DNA of 64,000 nt from a virus (Duplodnaviria; Caudoviricetes): positions 1 to 64,000 of the IMG/VR virus record IMGVR_UViG_3300037467_002029, one strand, 5' to 3'. The translations under genes and the position numbers were made by a program. The notes under the pieces are model-generated. The model was given only the letters and a program-made list of their open reading frames with translations, was not told the origin of the DNA and ran no database searches. Numbering within the stretch: the first letter of the stretch is position 1; each line of letters begins with the position of its first letter. Below are positions 45,970 to 55,209 of this stretch, piece by piece.

Positions 45970-48420
45970 ATGACAGACCGCGTTTTCGCCGACTTCGCCC
46001 CCTTCTACTGGGAGGCGGGGATCCCCGCCATGCCTCTCAAGGTGAGGAGCAAGGCACCGATCCTTTCGGAGTGGACCCAGTACGGCAGCAATATGCCGTC
46101 CGCCGCGGTTCGCGAGCACTGGCTGACCACTTATCCCCGCTCGAACATCGGTCTGCCATTTGGCCCGGCCAGCAAGCTCTGCGCGATCGACATCGACACC
46201 ACCGATGAAGCGCTGGTCAAGGCGATTGAGGATTGCCTGCCGGCTACCCCTTGGCGCCGCGTCGGCAAGAAGGGCTGTGCACTGGTCTTCAAATGGCAGG
46301 GCCAGAAGAACTTCAAGATCCGATCCGACGAGGGGATGATCTGCGAGTTCCTCGGGCTCGGCAACCAGTTGGTCCTCCCACCCAGTATTCATCCTGATAC
46401 GGGCGAAGCCTACACGGCGACGACGAACCTATGGGAGGTGATGGACCAGATCCCGGCGCTCGGGGTCGATATCGAGGACCGCCTGCGCGCGGCGCTCGGC
46501 GTCAAGGGCGTGACGCTCTCGCACGAAGGGCGCTCCAAGCCTCTGGACGTCGTCCCCTCCGGTGAGCGCGACATCCAGCTCGTCCGTCACGCCGGCTACC
46601 TCGCGCGCGTGGTCTTCGGGCTCGACAAGCAGACCAGGTTCTCGCTCGTCGAAGCGATGCAGCACATGCACCATTGGGTCGAGAACTTCACCGCGCGCGT
46701 CGCGGGCGACGACATGGATCCGCAAAAGGGCATCGCCAAGCTGCTCGAATTCCTCCTTCGCGACATCGAGGGTGGCCGCACCCTGCCCGAGGGATGGGAC
46801 GCGAACCTGACTGACGAGCTGCGCGCTCACCCGACGATTGCGACGATCGCCGAGAAGAACAAGGCCGAACGCTGGGACTTCGTTCGGGCCCGCGAATGGC
46901 TGATCGAGCAAGTGAGTGCGAAACAGGACGACGACCGCTGGGCGCTGCAGAAGGTCCGCGAGGTCGTCGACAAGGTCGCCGCGGACGAGCAGTTCGACGA
47001 GTTCGAGTTCGACACCCTGATCCCAACGATCGAGAGCTGCCTCGGCAAGGGCGCGAAGATGGCGCGCGCCGCGATCAAGAAGATGTTCAAGGAAGCGCGC
47101 GCCACCGGCGGTGAGGTCGAGATGGCCGAAGATCACGAAGGCATCGCGCGCCAGGTGATCGAGGACATGGGTCGCGGTGGTGAGCTTCGCCACGCTCACG
47201 GCAGCTTCTGGCAGTGGAGCGGTTCGTGCTTCGCTCAGCTCACCGACGCGGTGATCTACCGGCACATTGCCGAGCGCGTGAAGGGCAACGTGCTGTCGAA
47301 GCGGCACTCCGACTACGCTGCGATCGTGAAGACGATCGGAATGCTGGTCGACGCGCCGCTTGAGGAAAACCCTGAGCTCGGGATCAACTTCGCCAACGGG
47401 TTTCTCGACATGAACCTGGCGCTGCACGAGCACTCGCCGACCTTCGGCAAGACCTTCACGATGCCGTTCAACTACGTCCCGGCCCGCCGGCACGAGTGCC
47501 ACCGGTTTCTCGAGATGCTCGAGCGCGCGTGGGGCGACGATCCGGACTTCGACGACAAGGTGAAGGCGCTTCAGGAGGTCATGGCCGCGACGATGTTCGG
47601 CATCGGCCCGCGGTACCAGCGCGCCATACTTCTGTACGGCCAAGGTGGCACCGGCAAATCCCAGCTGCTCGATATCCTCGGGGCGATGATGCCCGACAAC
47701 GCAGTTTGCGCGCTGCCGCCGCACAAGTGGGGCGAGCGGTTCTCGCTGACCTCGATGGTCGGCAAGGTGCTGAACGTCTGCGGCGAGCTCCCCGAGGATT
47801 CGATGATCTCCGGCGAGCGCTTCAAGGGCGTCGTCTGCGGCGAGCCGCAGGACACCGAGTACAAAGGCAAGGACGGGTTCACGTTCGCGCCGATGTGCGC
47901 GCACTGGTTCGCCTCGAACCACTTGCCGCGGTCGAGGGATACGTCGGACGGGTTCATCAGGCGTTGGATCATCTTCGAGTTCACCCGCAAGATCGCCGAG
48001 AGCGAGCGGATCCTCGACTTCTCCAAGATCGTGATTGCCGAGGAGCGCGAGGCGATCGCGGCCTGGGTGGTCGAGGCGTTGCCGCGGCTGCTGCAGCAGC
48101 GCGAGTACACCCTCCCCGCCTCACACCGTCGGTTGGAAAACCTAGTTTTACGGTCGAATAATTCCGTCGCCGCTTTCCTGCAGAGCTGCGAGCGAGTGAG
48201 GCCCGACGCCGAGAGCACCGCCGACTGCCGCACGGTGTTCGACCAGTACATCTTCTACATGAAGGACGTCAGCAAAGGTTACGGCGTCACCTTCGAGCGC
48301 TTCAAAGCGATGCTCGAGGGGCTCGGTTACAAGGTGGTCGAGTACTCCGACGAGATGAAAGTCACCCGTGACAGGGTGAAGGGGCTCAAAGTCGTGGTTC
48401 CGGCGGGGGTGAAGCCTTGA
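45970..48420 (+). CDS. Bifunctional primase-polymerase plus D5-like SF3 helicase
   Basis: NIGLPFG...AIDID (Prim-Pol); INFANG; GQGGTGKS Walker A; LNVCGE; FASNHLP. Confidence 0.9.
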   Translation: MTDRVFADFAPFYWEAGIPAMPLKVRSKAPILSEWTQYGSNMPSAAVREHWLTTYPRSNIGLPFGPASKLCAIDIDTTDEALVKAIEDCLPATPWRRVGKKGCALVFKWQGQKNFKIRSDEGMICEFLGLGNQLVLPPSIHPDTGEAYTATTNLWEVMDQIPALGVDIEDRLRAALGVKGVTLSHEGRSKPLDVVPSGERDIQLVRHAGYLARVVFGLDKQTRFSLVEAMQHMHHWVENFTARVAGDDMDPQKGIAKLLEFLLRDIEGGRTLPEGWDANLTDELRAHPTIATIAEKNKAERWDFVRAREWLIEQVSAKQDDDRWALQKVREVVDKVAADEQFDEFEFDTLIPTIESCLGKGAKMARAAIKKMFKEARATGGEVEMAEDHEGIARQVIEDMGRGGELRHAHGSFWQWSGSCFAQLTDAVIYRHIAERVKGNVLSKRHSDYAAIVKTIGMLVDAPLEENPELGINFANGFLDMNLALHEHSPTFGKTFTMPFNYVPARRHECHRFLEMLERAWGDDPDFDDKVKALQEVMAATMFGIGPRYQRAILLYGQGGTGKSQLLDILGAMMPDNAVCALPPHKWGERFSLTSMVGKVLNVCGELPEDSMISGERFKGVVCGEPQDTEYKGKDGFTFAPMCAHWFASNHLPRSRDTSDGFIRRWIIFEFTRKIAESERILDFSKIVIAEEREAIAAWVVEALPRLLQQREYTLPASHRRLENLVLRSNNSVAAFLQSCERVRPDAESTADCRTVFDQYIFYMKDVSKGYGVTFERFKAMLEGLGYKVVEYSDEMKVTRDRVKGLKVVVPAGVKP

Positions 48421-48668
48421 GCGTCTACGTCGAGCCTCACGCCCTGGCTCAAATGACTGCCGACTCCCCCGTTGAGCTGCTCGATGCGACCGAAAGGCTC
48501 GGCATCGAAGCGACCGGGGTCGTGGTGCAGCTTTCAGTCAGAACTCGCGGAATTGCTGTGGGTATGGGTGCGATCGAGCTGTCCAGGCGCGAATTTGTCG
48601 CGAAACTCGACGAAATTAACGACAATGGGCGCGGTTTTGGGCCTAATTTGGCTCAGATTTGCAGGTAA
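48417..48668 (+). CDS. Hypothetical protein
   Basis: TTGA overlap with helicase stop. Confidence 0.4.
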   Translation: MSVYVEPHALAQMTADSPVELLDATERLGIEATGVVVQLSVRTRGIAVGMGAIELSRREFVAKLDEINDNGRGFGPNLAQICR

Positions 48669-48991
48669 TCGTACACAAATACGGGACTTGTGACTTAGGA
48701 AAAAGCGAAAATTACCCCCGGACAATTTGGGGATGATCCGTCTTAGTGTGACGTTTCCCCACAACAAGAACGTGGCACCCTTCCTCGCCTAAGTGCTTGG
48801 AAACGTTCATCTTTCTGGCACCATGTATAACGATGTCAGTGTGTTACTAATACTATACAAGTATTGGTATTCTACCTGGTAGGCCCGTCTATGGTGAGCA
48901 CATGGACAGGCAAACGCCCCTCTCGGGAGCCACGGCTCTCTTTGTGCCCTCGCCACTGGCGGGGGCGCAAGGCGTGCGCGCTGCCCATGCT

Positions 48992-49005
48992 TGGGAAATT
49001 TCCCA
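48992..49005. promoter_or_regulatory. Palindrome TGGGAAATTTCCCA just upstream of RBS
   Basis: Copy 1 of second operator family. Confidence 0.6.
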
Positions 49006-49024
49006 TATTTCAGGAGATTGTGAC

Positions 49025-49681
49025 ATGACTGCCATTGCATTCGATATCGCGCACTATGGCGAAACGACGGAAGACTTGCGTCAGAAGGGAGTTTCTTTCG
49101 AAAACAAGGCAACCGACTGGAGCCGAGAAGGCCTTTGCGGTCTCTTCTCCGGACGCATGACGGTTGGCGACATGACGGCGACACTATGCGCTATCCTGAA
49201 GCCCAAAATGGCCAACGGGAAGGCGGGAACAACGCTTTCCAGTCTTCGCAATGTGAAGGGCGGTGACGCTATCCGCAAGGTGGCGGAGGGCGTCATTGAC
49301 GTCTTCGAAGCGTCCAACACTGGCGCTGTTGCGGAGGCTTTCCGCCCTGTTGCCATTGCCTTTGCGACGGCTTCACCGGACGCGCCCAAGTCTCTCAACG
49401 CACTACGCAAGGAGCTTGCCAAGCTGCGCGCTGAAGCGAGCAAGGCGGCCGTTGAGGCGGCGGACAACGCCAAGCCGGAAGGCGAAGGCGACGGCGAAGG
49501 CGAGGAAGCGCCGGAGGCGAAGACTTCGCTGGCCGTTGTCATTGAGCGCGCCGCGCTCGCCATTGCGGAGGCGTCCGCCGATGACCTTTTGCTGGCCGAT
49601 GACGCGATTGCCTCACTGATGGAGACAATCAAGGCGCGTTATGCCGAAACCGCGGAGGCGGAAGAGGCACTCGCGGCCTGA
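49025..49681 (+). CDS. Ala-rich hypothetical protein with acidic linker
   Basis: CAGGAG RBS. Confidence 0.7.
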   Translation: MTAIAFDIAHYGETTEDLRQKGVSFENKATDWSREGLCGLFSGRMTVGDMTATLCAILKPKMANGKAGTTLSSLRNVKGGDAIRKVAEGVIDVFEASNTGAVAEAFRPVAIAFATASPDAPKSLNALRKELAKLRAEASKAAVEAADNAKPEGEGDGEGEEAPEAKTSLAVVIERAALAIAEASADDLLLADDAIASLMETIKARYAETAEAEEALAA

Positions 49682-49688
49682 TCCACAA

Positions 49689-49720
49689 AGCCCCGTTTGG
49701 GAAATTTCCCAAACGGGGCT
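49689..49720. repeat. 32-bp perfect palindrome AGCCCCGTTTGGGAAATTTCCCAAACGGGGCT
   Basis: Direct reading. Confidence 0.95.
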
Positions 49721-49792
49721 CTTGCGAGGCGCGCGGCCTTCCCCCTCCACCGCGCGCCTCACAAGAGCCCCGTTCGACAGGAGATCGACGCC

Positions 49793-50290
49793 ATGCCTCG
49801 CGCCCACGTTCAAGGCTATGACAGCAACGCCGCGCAATTCGAGCGCATGGGCAATCCGTGGGTTTCCGAACGCGAGCGCGCGGAGTTTTCGGCCCCGAAC
49901 AAGAAGGAGGCGCGCCAGAACCGCAATCCGCGACGCGGTGTGGATTTGGGAAATTTCCCAAAACCGGCGTTCGAGCGGTCCACTGATCCGCGCAAGCGGC
50001 GCCGCGATTTCATTGCCCTCGCGTTGTCCCGGGTGGGTGGATCGCGAACCATTGTCCCGACGATCGCGAAGCCCGACGACGCCGTGGTCCGCGCGCCGGG
50101 GTTGACCGAGCTCAAGCCGCTCACATCGGAGCAGCTGGCCTTGCGCCAAGCCCAGCGCGACGCCGTTGCGGCGCGGCTGGAGGCGGGCGCGCTCGCCTAC
50201 GCTGCGAGCGAGGCCGCGAAGGCGGCCGAGCGCAAGCGTCTGGAAGCCATTGTGAAGGCCGCACAGAACCGACTCGCTGCTTTGGGCTGA
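49793..50290 (+). CDS. Basic hypothetical protein
   Basis: CAGGAG RBS; Arg/Ala-rich. Confidence 0.65.
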   Translation: MPRAHVQGYDSNAAQFERMGNPWVSERERAEFSAPNKKEARQNRNPRRGVDLGNFPKPAFERSTDPRKRRRDFIALALSRVGGSRTIVPTIAKPDDAVVRAPGLTELKPLTSEQLALRQAQRDAVAARLEAGALAYAASEAAKAAERKRLEAIVKAAQNRLAALG

Positions 50291-50438
50291 AACTTGAAGT
50301 GACTAGGTCACTTGTGCGGGTTGGCGAGGGCCAGTTGCTTCTTTGGGCTGGAAATTGAAGTGACTAGGTCACTTGTGCGGGTTGGCGAGGGCCAGTTGCT
50401 TCTTTGGGCTGGAAATTGAAGTGACTAGGTCACTTGTG
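50280..50438 (+). repeat. 61-bp tandem repeat x2.6, each with AAGTGACTAGGTCACTT
   Basis: Units start at 50280, 50341, 50402. Confidence 0.95.
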
Positions 50439-50680
50439 TGGGGTGCCAACTGTTGGTGTATTTTGCCAGCTTTGGGTGGCGACAGTAGACCATGTAACCC
50501 CAAGGTTACAGCGAAAGTATTCGTATAACCCCCTTATTTACTTCATCCGGCTTCTATAAATATATAAAAAATAATTATATATAGGGTACTAGTGACTAAG
50601 TCACTTCGAATTCCACGCCAAAGGAGCAACTGGCCTTTTGGTTGGCCCCCGCAAGTGACTTAGTCACTTCAAGTTTCACT
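50280..50680. other. Putative replication origin (iterons, AT-rich tract, inverted iteron)
   Basis: Five palindromes around a nearly pure A/T tract at 50552..50583. Confidence 0.55.
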
Positions 50681-50695
50681 CTATAGTTGCAACTC

Positions 50696-50728
50696 GCCCT
50701 CGCCGAACCCCTCGGCGAGGGCTTTTTC
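50696..50728 (+). terminator. Rho-independent terminator
   Basis: GCCCTCGCCGA-ACCCC-TCGGCGAGGGC-TTTTT. Confidence 0.75.
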
Positions 50729-50859
50729 GTGGGAGTACGTCCGATGACTAAAATTCGTTTCACCAATCGCTGCATCGTCGAGGTCCGCACCAAGGTCGAA
50801 CCCCGCGCGATCGTCACCAGCACCCGGCGGATTGCCGGCACCCTCCATCTGAGGCTCGC

Positions 50860-51054
50860 GTGATGCTGACCCGCATCGCTCTCGCCCTGATTGGGTGCGT
50901 TTGCATCTGGACCGGCGTGTTCGCTGGCCTGAACTTCAACCCGCCGCCGCACGCAGACCCCGGCGCCGTCAACGCCTGTTGGCTCACCTTCATCACCCTG
51001 ATCATCGCGGGCCACGCCTTCGTGATCAGCTCAGTCTGGAGGCTCGTGAAATGA
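50860..51054 (+). CDS. Small two-TM membrane protein
   Basis: Two hydrophobic helices. Confidence 0.55.
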   Translation: MMLTRIALALIGCVCIWTGVFAGLNFNPPPHADPGAVNACWLTFITLIIAGHAFVISSVWRLVK

Positions 51055-51209
51055 CCGCCGCCGAATGCCTCGACATGGCTCTCAACGAGGAGCGCCTTGC
51101 CCGCGACTGCGGTGTCCACGACCCCGCCTTCGCCTTCCTGATCCGCGAGCGCGATTGGTGGCTCAACGAGGCCGCGCGCCTCGAGGAGATCGAAAACCAA
51201 GTGACCTAG
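51051..51209 (+). CDS. Hypothetical protein
   Basis: ATGA coupling; stop lies inside an operator. Confidence 0.5.
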   Translation: MTAAECLDMALNEERLARDCGVHDPAFAFLIRERDWWLNEAARLEEIENQVT

Positions 51210-51341
51210 TCACTTCTTCATCCACGAATGACGCCCGTGGGCTGATCTGAATATCAAGGCGTCACCGACGGGGACCGGACAGTCCCTCTTCTGAACTTCA
51301 ACTTCAAAGCGGGCTCCGCCCCGCCACGGGAGAACTTTGCC

Positions 51342-51683
51342 ATGATCAACACGACCCTGATCAGCGACCTGCCCCTGAGCAACGTCGCGAACATCGCACA
51401 CTGGCAGGCCAATCAGGCCTTGCGGGCTGGACGAAAAGCTCAGGAGTTGCACCGTTTGGCGGACGCCATTGGCCTGCCCGATGCAGAATCCAAGACACGC
51501 GCTCAGGCTCTCTCGTTTGAACATGAGTTCAGCGTCCACACCAACAAGATGTACGACGTGCTGGAGGCCTCGCGCTATCCCACCCTGACCACCGAGGCGC
51601 TTGTCCGCACCCTTGGCCGCTCCAAGGCCATGGTCCTCAAGATCAACCGTCCGCTGATCAACCTCGCGCTCCGAAACCAATAA
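51342..51683 (+). CDS. Hypothetical protein
   Basis: GGGAG RBS. Confidence 0.6.
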   Translation: MINTTLISDLPLSNVANIAHWQANQALRAGRKAQELHRLADAIGLPDAESKTRAQALSFEHEFSVHTNKMYDVLEASRYPTLTTEALVRTLGRSKAMVLKINRPLINLALRNQ

Positions 51684-51889
51684 TGGATTGGACCCGCACG
51701 ATCGACGAGATCCTCGCCGTCTTCACCGACGGCGCGGACGTCGTCTTCAAGACCCGCGCCGGCCGCACGTTCCGTGTCTACGCGGAGTCCTTCATCCCCA
51801 ACGCGAAGGCCTACGTCGTCGAGAAGATGAACGTCCCCGTCCGTATCCTCCACATGGGCGAGCGCTGCGAGTTCATCTTCGCCCTATGA
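51683..51889 (+). CDS. Hypothetical protein
   Basis: TAATG coupling. Confidence 0.55.
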   Translation: MDWTRTIDEILAVFTDGADVVFKTRAGRTFRVYAESFIPNAKAYVVEKMNVPVRILHMGERCEFIFAL

Positions 51890-52305
51890 AACACGGCAAC
51901 TTCGTTTTCGAGGCACGCCCGAGCTGGGAGGGACATGAACGCGAAGTTCTGATCCTCGCCCTCACCCCGGGCATCCCCTTCGAGTGGATCATCAAGGTCA
52001 CCCGCATGGGCTCCGTCCGCAAGGCCGCCCTCCGCAGGATGATCGAGGCGGTCACCACCGAGGACCACGCCAAGGCCGAAGAGAATGCTGCTTCAATCAC
52101 CGAACAGGACGGTTTCCGGATGCTCAAGGTCATTCCTCACGACTACCGCGGCGCCATCCCTCTGTACGCCCAGCTGTGGCTCCAGAGCACGCCCCAGACC
52201 GACGCCGAAGTCGCCCGCATCCTGGGCGTCAAGCGCGAGCGCGTCTGCCGTTGGCGCAACACCAACAACTTCGATCCCCTTACCGGAGTACGTATCCATG
52301 GATGA
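51886..52305 (+). CDS. Protein with C-terminal HTH
   Basis: TDAEVARILGVKRERVCRWR. Confidence 0.6.
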   Translation: MKHGNFVFEARPSWEGHEREVLILALTPGIPFEWIIKVTRMGSVRKAALRRMIEAVTTEDHAKAEENAASITEQDGFRMLKVIPHDYRGAIPLYAQLWLQSTPQTDAEVARILGVKRERVCRWRNTNNFDPLTGVRIHG

Positions 52306-52576
52306 TCTCCACTGGATGATGATCGCCCTCGAGGCGGCAAACATCACCAACGAACGCCTCGGCCCAGATCACCCACCGTGCATCCTCGGCGACGAGATGA
52401 ACGATGACGATCGCCGACAGGCTATCCGCGAGTATTTCGCCGAGGTCGAAGAGCTGACCGACGACGTTGTCGAGACAGCGCTCGATGAGCTCAAGCGTTG
52501 GGAAAATTCCCAACGCATCGCGATGCAGTTCGCCGACGCCCTGATCGGCTCCTTCATGCCGGCGAGGGCAGCGTGA
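52298..52576 (+). CDS. Acidic hypothetical protein
   Basis: Overlap-coupled run. Confidence 0.55.
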   Translation: MDDLHWMMIALEAANITNERLGPDHPPCILGDEMNDDDRRQAIREYFAEVEELTDDVVETALDELKRWENSQRIAMQFADALIGSFMPARAA

Positions 52577-52758
52577 TCAACCCCTACCTCGCCTCCCAAC
52601 TTAAGCACGCCAAGCGCGTCTTCGCCCGGTCCAACCGGCCCATCCTCGCCGCCGAGACCCGCAGCGTGCTCGGCGCCCTCGCCGACGCCCGTGAACCCGA
52701 CGAGTCCGAGGCCCACCGCCTCGTTCGTCTCGCCTTTGGAGACCCGATCAATGCATGA
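52573..52758 (+). CDS. Hypothetical protein
   Basis: GTGA coupling. Confidence 0.5.
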   Translation: MINPYLASQLKHAKRVFARSNRPILAAETRSVLGALADAREPDESEAHRLVRLAFGDPINA

Positions 52759-53086
52759 CATCTTAGTCCGCGCCCGCGAGCTTATCGCCGACCCTGCCCA
52801 CTGGTGCCAGGAAGTCTACAGCTTCGACGGCCCCCTCACTGACCCTGACACGAGGTGTTTTTGCACCTTGGGCGCGATCAATCGCGCCGTCCTCGAGAAG
52901 CACCAGAAGCTCGGTGTATTCGAGCACGAAGACGACGCCATTAACTTCGCCGAAGGCACACCCGAGGCCGCGGCAGCGATCGAGCATCTTCACAAGATGC
53001 TCGACGGATGTTCCGTCGCTGAGTTCAACGACGAACACGATCATGAGGAAGTGATCGCCCTCCTCGATCAGGCGATCGCAGCATGA
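52751..53086 (+). CDS. Conserved phage protein (DUF6197-like)
   Basis: ARELI...WCQ...CTLGAI...EFNDEH-HEEVIALLDQAI. Confidence 0.55.
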   Translation: MHDILVRARELIADPAHWCQEVYSFDGPLTDPDTRCFCTLGAINRAVLEKHQKLGVFEHEDDAINFAEGTPEAAAAIEHLHKMLDGCSVAEFNDEHDHEEVIALLDQAIAA

Positions 53087-53197
53087 CCCGCCTCGGCCAC
53101 CGCACCTACCTCGACAACCCGAGGCTCATCCGCACCGAACGCAACGATGATCTCATCGAGCGCGTGATCCGCGCCAAACAGAGAGGATACCAGGACG

Positions 53198-53527
53198 ATG
53201 TCCGTGTTGCAGCTTGACCTCAACAACCTCACCCCCGCCCACCTCGCCGAGGCCAAGCCTCACTGCGGTGACTACTGCCGTTACTTCGCGCCCTGCATCA
53301 TCGGCACGATCGTGCCCAAGGAGCAGCGCCGAACGTTGGACTACAGCGACACGGAACATCCGAACCTGGCCGACTCCGCAATCGGCACGCTCCTCCAAAA
53401 CCGGTTCGTCTCGTTCCCGAACAAGGGCCAGGAGAAAGACGCCATCGCCATGCAGGCCGCGTTCGATGCGGGCGACTGGGATGATGTTGAGCAGATCGCC
53501 GAGAGGTACATCAATGCTGCAGCTTGA
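53198..53527 (+). CDS. Hypothetical protein, tandem paralog A
   Basis: LQLDLN.LT..HL...PH.G.C.Y..PCIIGT. Confidence 0.65.
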   Translation: MSVLQLDLNNLTPAHLAEAKPHCGDYCRYFAPCIIGTIVPKEQRRTLDYSDTEHPNLADSAIGTLLQNRFVSFPNKGQEKDAIAMQAAFDAGDWDDVEQIAERYINAAA

Positions 53528-53837
53528 CCTCAACGACCTCACGTCCACCCACCTCGAGCAGTGTCGACCTCACCTGGGCACGTGCCAATACGCCTCACCC
53601 TGTATCATCGGCACGCTGATCCCGCCCGAGCTTCGCAAGAAGCTGGATGATGGGACGGTCCGCGACGAGGACGGCGTCGCCATGTTGCGCCCTTCGGTGT
53701 CGCGCCTGGTCGGCGCCAAGTTCATCCAATTCGCGGACGACGAGCAAGCGCACGACGCGCTCCGGATGCAACGCGCTTTCGATGTCGAGAACTGGGCCCG
53801 GGTCCAGGAGATAGCCTCGAGGTACATCACCCCATGA
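53514..53837 (+). CDS. Hypothetical protein, tandem paralog B
   Basis: Same motifs as paralog A. Confidence 0.65.
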   Translation: MLQLDLNDLTSTHLEQCRPHLGTCQYASPCIIGTLIPPELRKKLDDGTVRDEDGVAMLRPSVSRLVGAKFIQFADDEQAHDALRMQRAFDVENWARVQEIASRYITP

Positions 53838-53991
53838 CCGACCCCCTTCGCGCCCTGACCCAATGCGAGGACGCCGCGCGCGAACTCCGCAACATGATGA
53901 AGCGACGAGACACCGCTGTTGTCCCGTCCGACGTCGAGCGCCTCGCCAACGCTGTGACCCAGGGCTTCCAGGCTATTCGGGAGTTGTTGCA

Positions 53992-54312
53992 ATGACCATC
54001 GAACTCGGCCGCACATACCGTGACGGCTACAATCGCCCGGTCCGCATCATCGCCACCGATGCGAAGAGATCCTTCACCCCGATCATCGGTCTCGTCACCA
54101 CGGACGATGGCACCGAACTGATGGAAGCCTATCGCGAGACCGGCGAGGTCTACCCGATGAGCAACAGCAGGCGGAACCTCATCATTCCGCGCCGCTACAT
54201 CGACCTCGAGAACGCCAAGAGCCTGATCCGCGCCCGCCAGGACGACTTTGCAATGGCTCACCTCAACATCATCCTCGAGGATCTCTCGACGATGCCGTTC
54301 GAGGAGCTGTGA
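53992..54312 (+). CDS. Phage hypothetical protein (GRTYRDGYNRPVRII-type beta domain)
   Basis: ATGA coupling. Confidence 0.6.
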   Translation: MTIELGRTYRDGYNRPVRIIATDAKRSFTPIIGLVTTDDGTELMEAYRETGEVYPMSNSRRNLIIPRRYIDLENAKSLIRARQDDFAMAHLNIILEDLSTMPFEEL

Positions 54313-54579
54313 ATGACCGCTCCAACTACCCCGACTACTGAGCTCTGGGTCATCGGCAACGCCACCAAACAACCGTGGCTGCTGAACCTCCGTGGCCCTT
54401 ACCCCAACCGGGCTCACGCCCAGCGCGCCATCAACTGGCAGCACACCTACCTCGACTACACACCCGACTACTGGAAGATCGTCACCACCGACGAGCTCCG
54501 GCAGTTGCTGCCGACGATGAACCGCGCTCCCTACACGCAAGAAGCCTGGGAACGCTTCAAGGAGACCATCAATGCCTAA
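54313..54579 (+). CDS. Hypothetical protein
   Basis: GAGGAG RBS. Confidence 0.55.
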   Translation: MTAPTTPTTELWVIGNATKQPWLLNLRGPYPNRAHAQRAINWQHTYLDYTPDYWKIVTTDELRQLLPTMNRAPYTQEAWERFKETINA

Positions 54580-54811
54580 ACACACCGTCACCGTCTATCG
54601 TCCGGTCCTCGAGCGCGTCACCCTCGAAGTCGACGCCAGCTCAAAGTACGATGCCCAGGAACAGGCCCTCGAGAAGGCTGCGACGCTCCATGAGAGCGCC
54701 TGGTCGCCAATGGATCGGCGCCTGAACTGGTACTGTCCGGACAGCTTCGACCTCGAGCCATTCATCATGGACGAGGAGCCTCACCTCTTCGATTCCGAAG
54801 ACGACGAATGA
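54572..54811 (+). CDS. DpnD/PcfM-like small protein
   Basis: VTLEVDASSKYDAQEQALEKA. Confidence 0.45.
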   Translation: MPKHTVTVYRPVLERVTLEVDASSKYDAQEQALEKAATLHESAWSPMDRRLNWYCPDSFDLEPFIMDEEPHLFDSEDDE

Positions 54812-55062
54812 CCGCCACCTGGACCCAAGCCCTTCGCGACGCGACCAAGAACCTGATCCGCGAGCCGCGAAAAACCGACCTCGATCAGGACATCTACAGC
54901 CGCGCGAGCGAGTACCTCGCAATCCCGATCGGTCACGAGTTCGAGCCCCACCAGGTCTCCTACACCCACTGCCTCCTGCAGCGCCTCGACAACTATCGCG
55001 AGCGCGCCAGTCACCTCGCCTTCAAGAAAGCCTGGGAAGATGCCCAAGAAGAGACTGTCTGA
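54808..55062 (+). CDS. Hypothetical protein
   Basis: ATGA coupling. Confidence 0.55.
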   Translation: MTATWTQALRDATKNLIREPRKTDLDQDIYSRASEYLAIPIGHEFEPHQVSYTHCLLQRLDNYRERASHLAFKKAWEDAQEETV

Positions 55063-55209
55063 CCTTCTCACCGACGACGACTACGACGCGATCTACCACG
55101 CGCTCGACGAGTTCGACGTCGGCATCGCCAGCTTCGACGATGTGCTTCGCGCCATCCTAAAGCCGCTCGTCCCGCACTTCGATCAGATCCGAAAGGAGCT
55201 GAGCGCGCG

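Noticed and set aside
17051-47922. Long antisense/shadow ORFs (e.g. 17051..18352, 30827..32713, 40359..41462, 46429..47922)
   Set aside because: They mirror real genes on the other strand, typical of high-GC DNA, and have no recognisable motifs or RBS
43575-48420. Intein or intron in terminase or primase-helicase
   Set aside because: Lengths are ordinary, frames are continuous and no splicing or homing-endonuclease motifs were seen
49689-49720. Protelomerase telRL site (N15-like linear prophage)
   Set aside because: No protelomerase or partition genes seen; the phage has an integrase with a tRNA attP
50280-50438. CRISPR or guide-RNA array
   Set aside because: Units are near-identical end to end with no unique spacers; no cas or Nop-domain gene seen
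51229-51286. Structured ncRNA (TGACGCC/GGCGTCA and GGGAC/GTCCC stems)
   Set aside because: Short GC-rich stems are expected by chance; no further support
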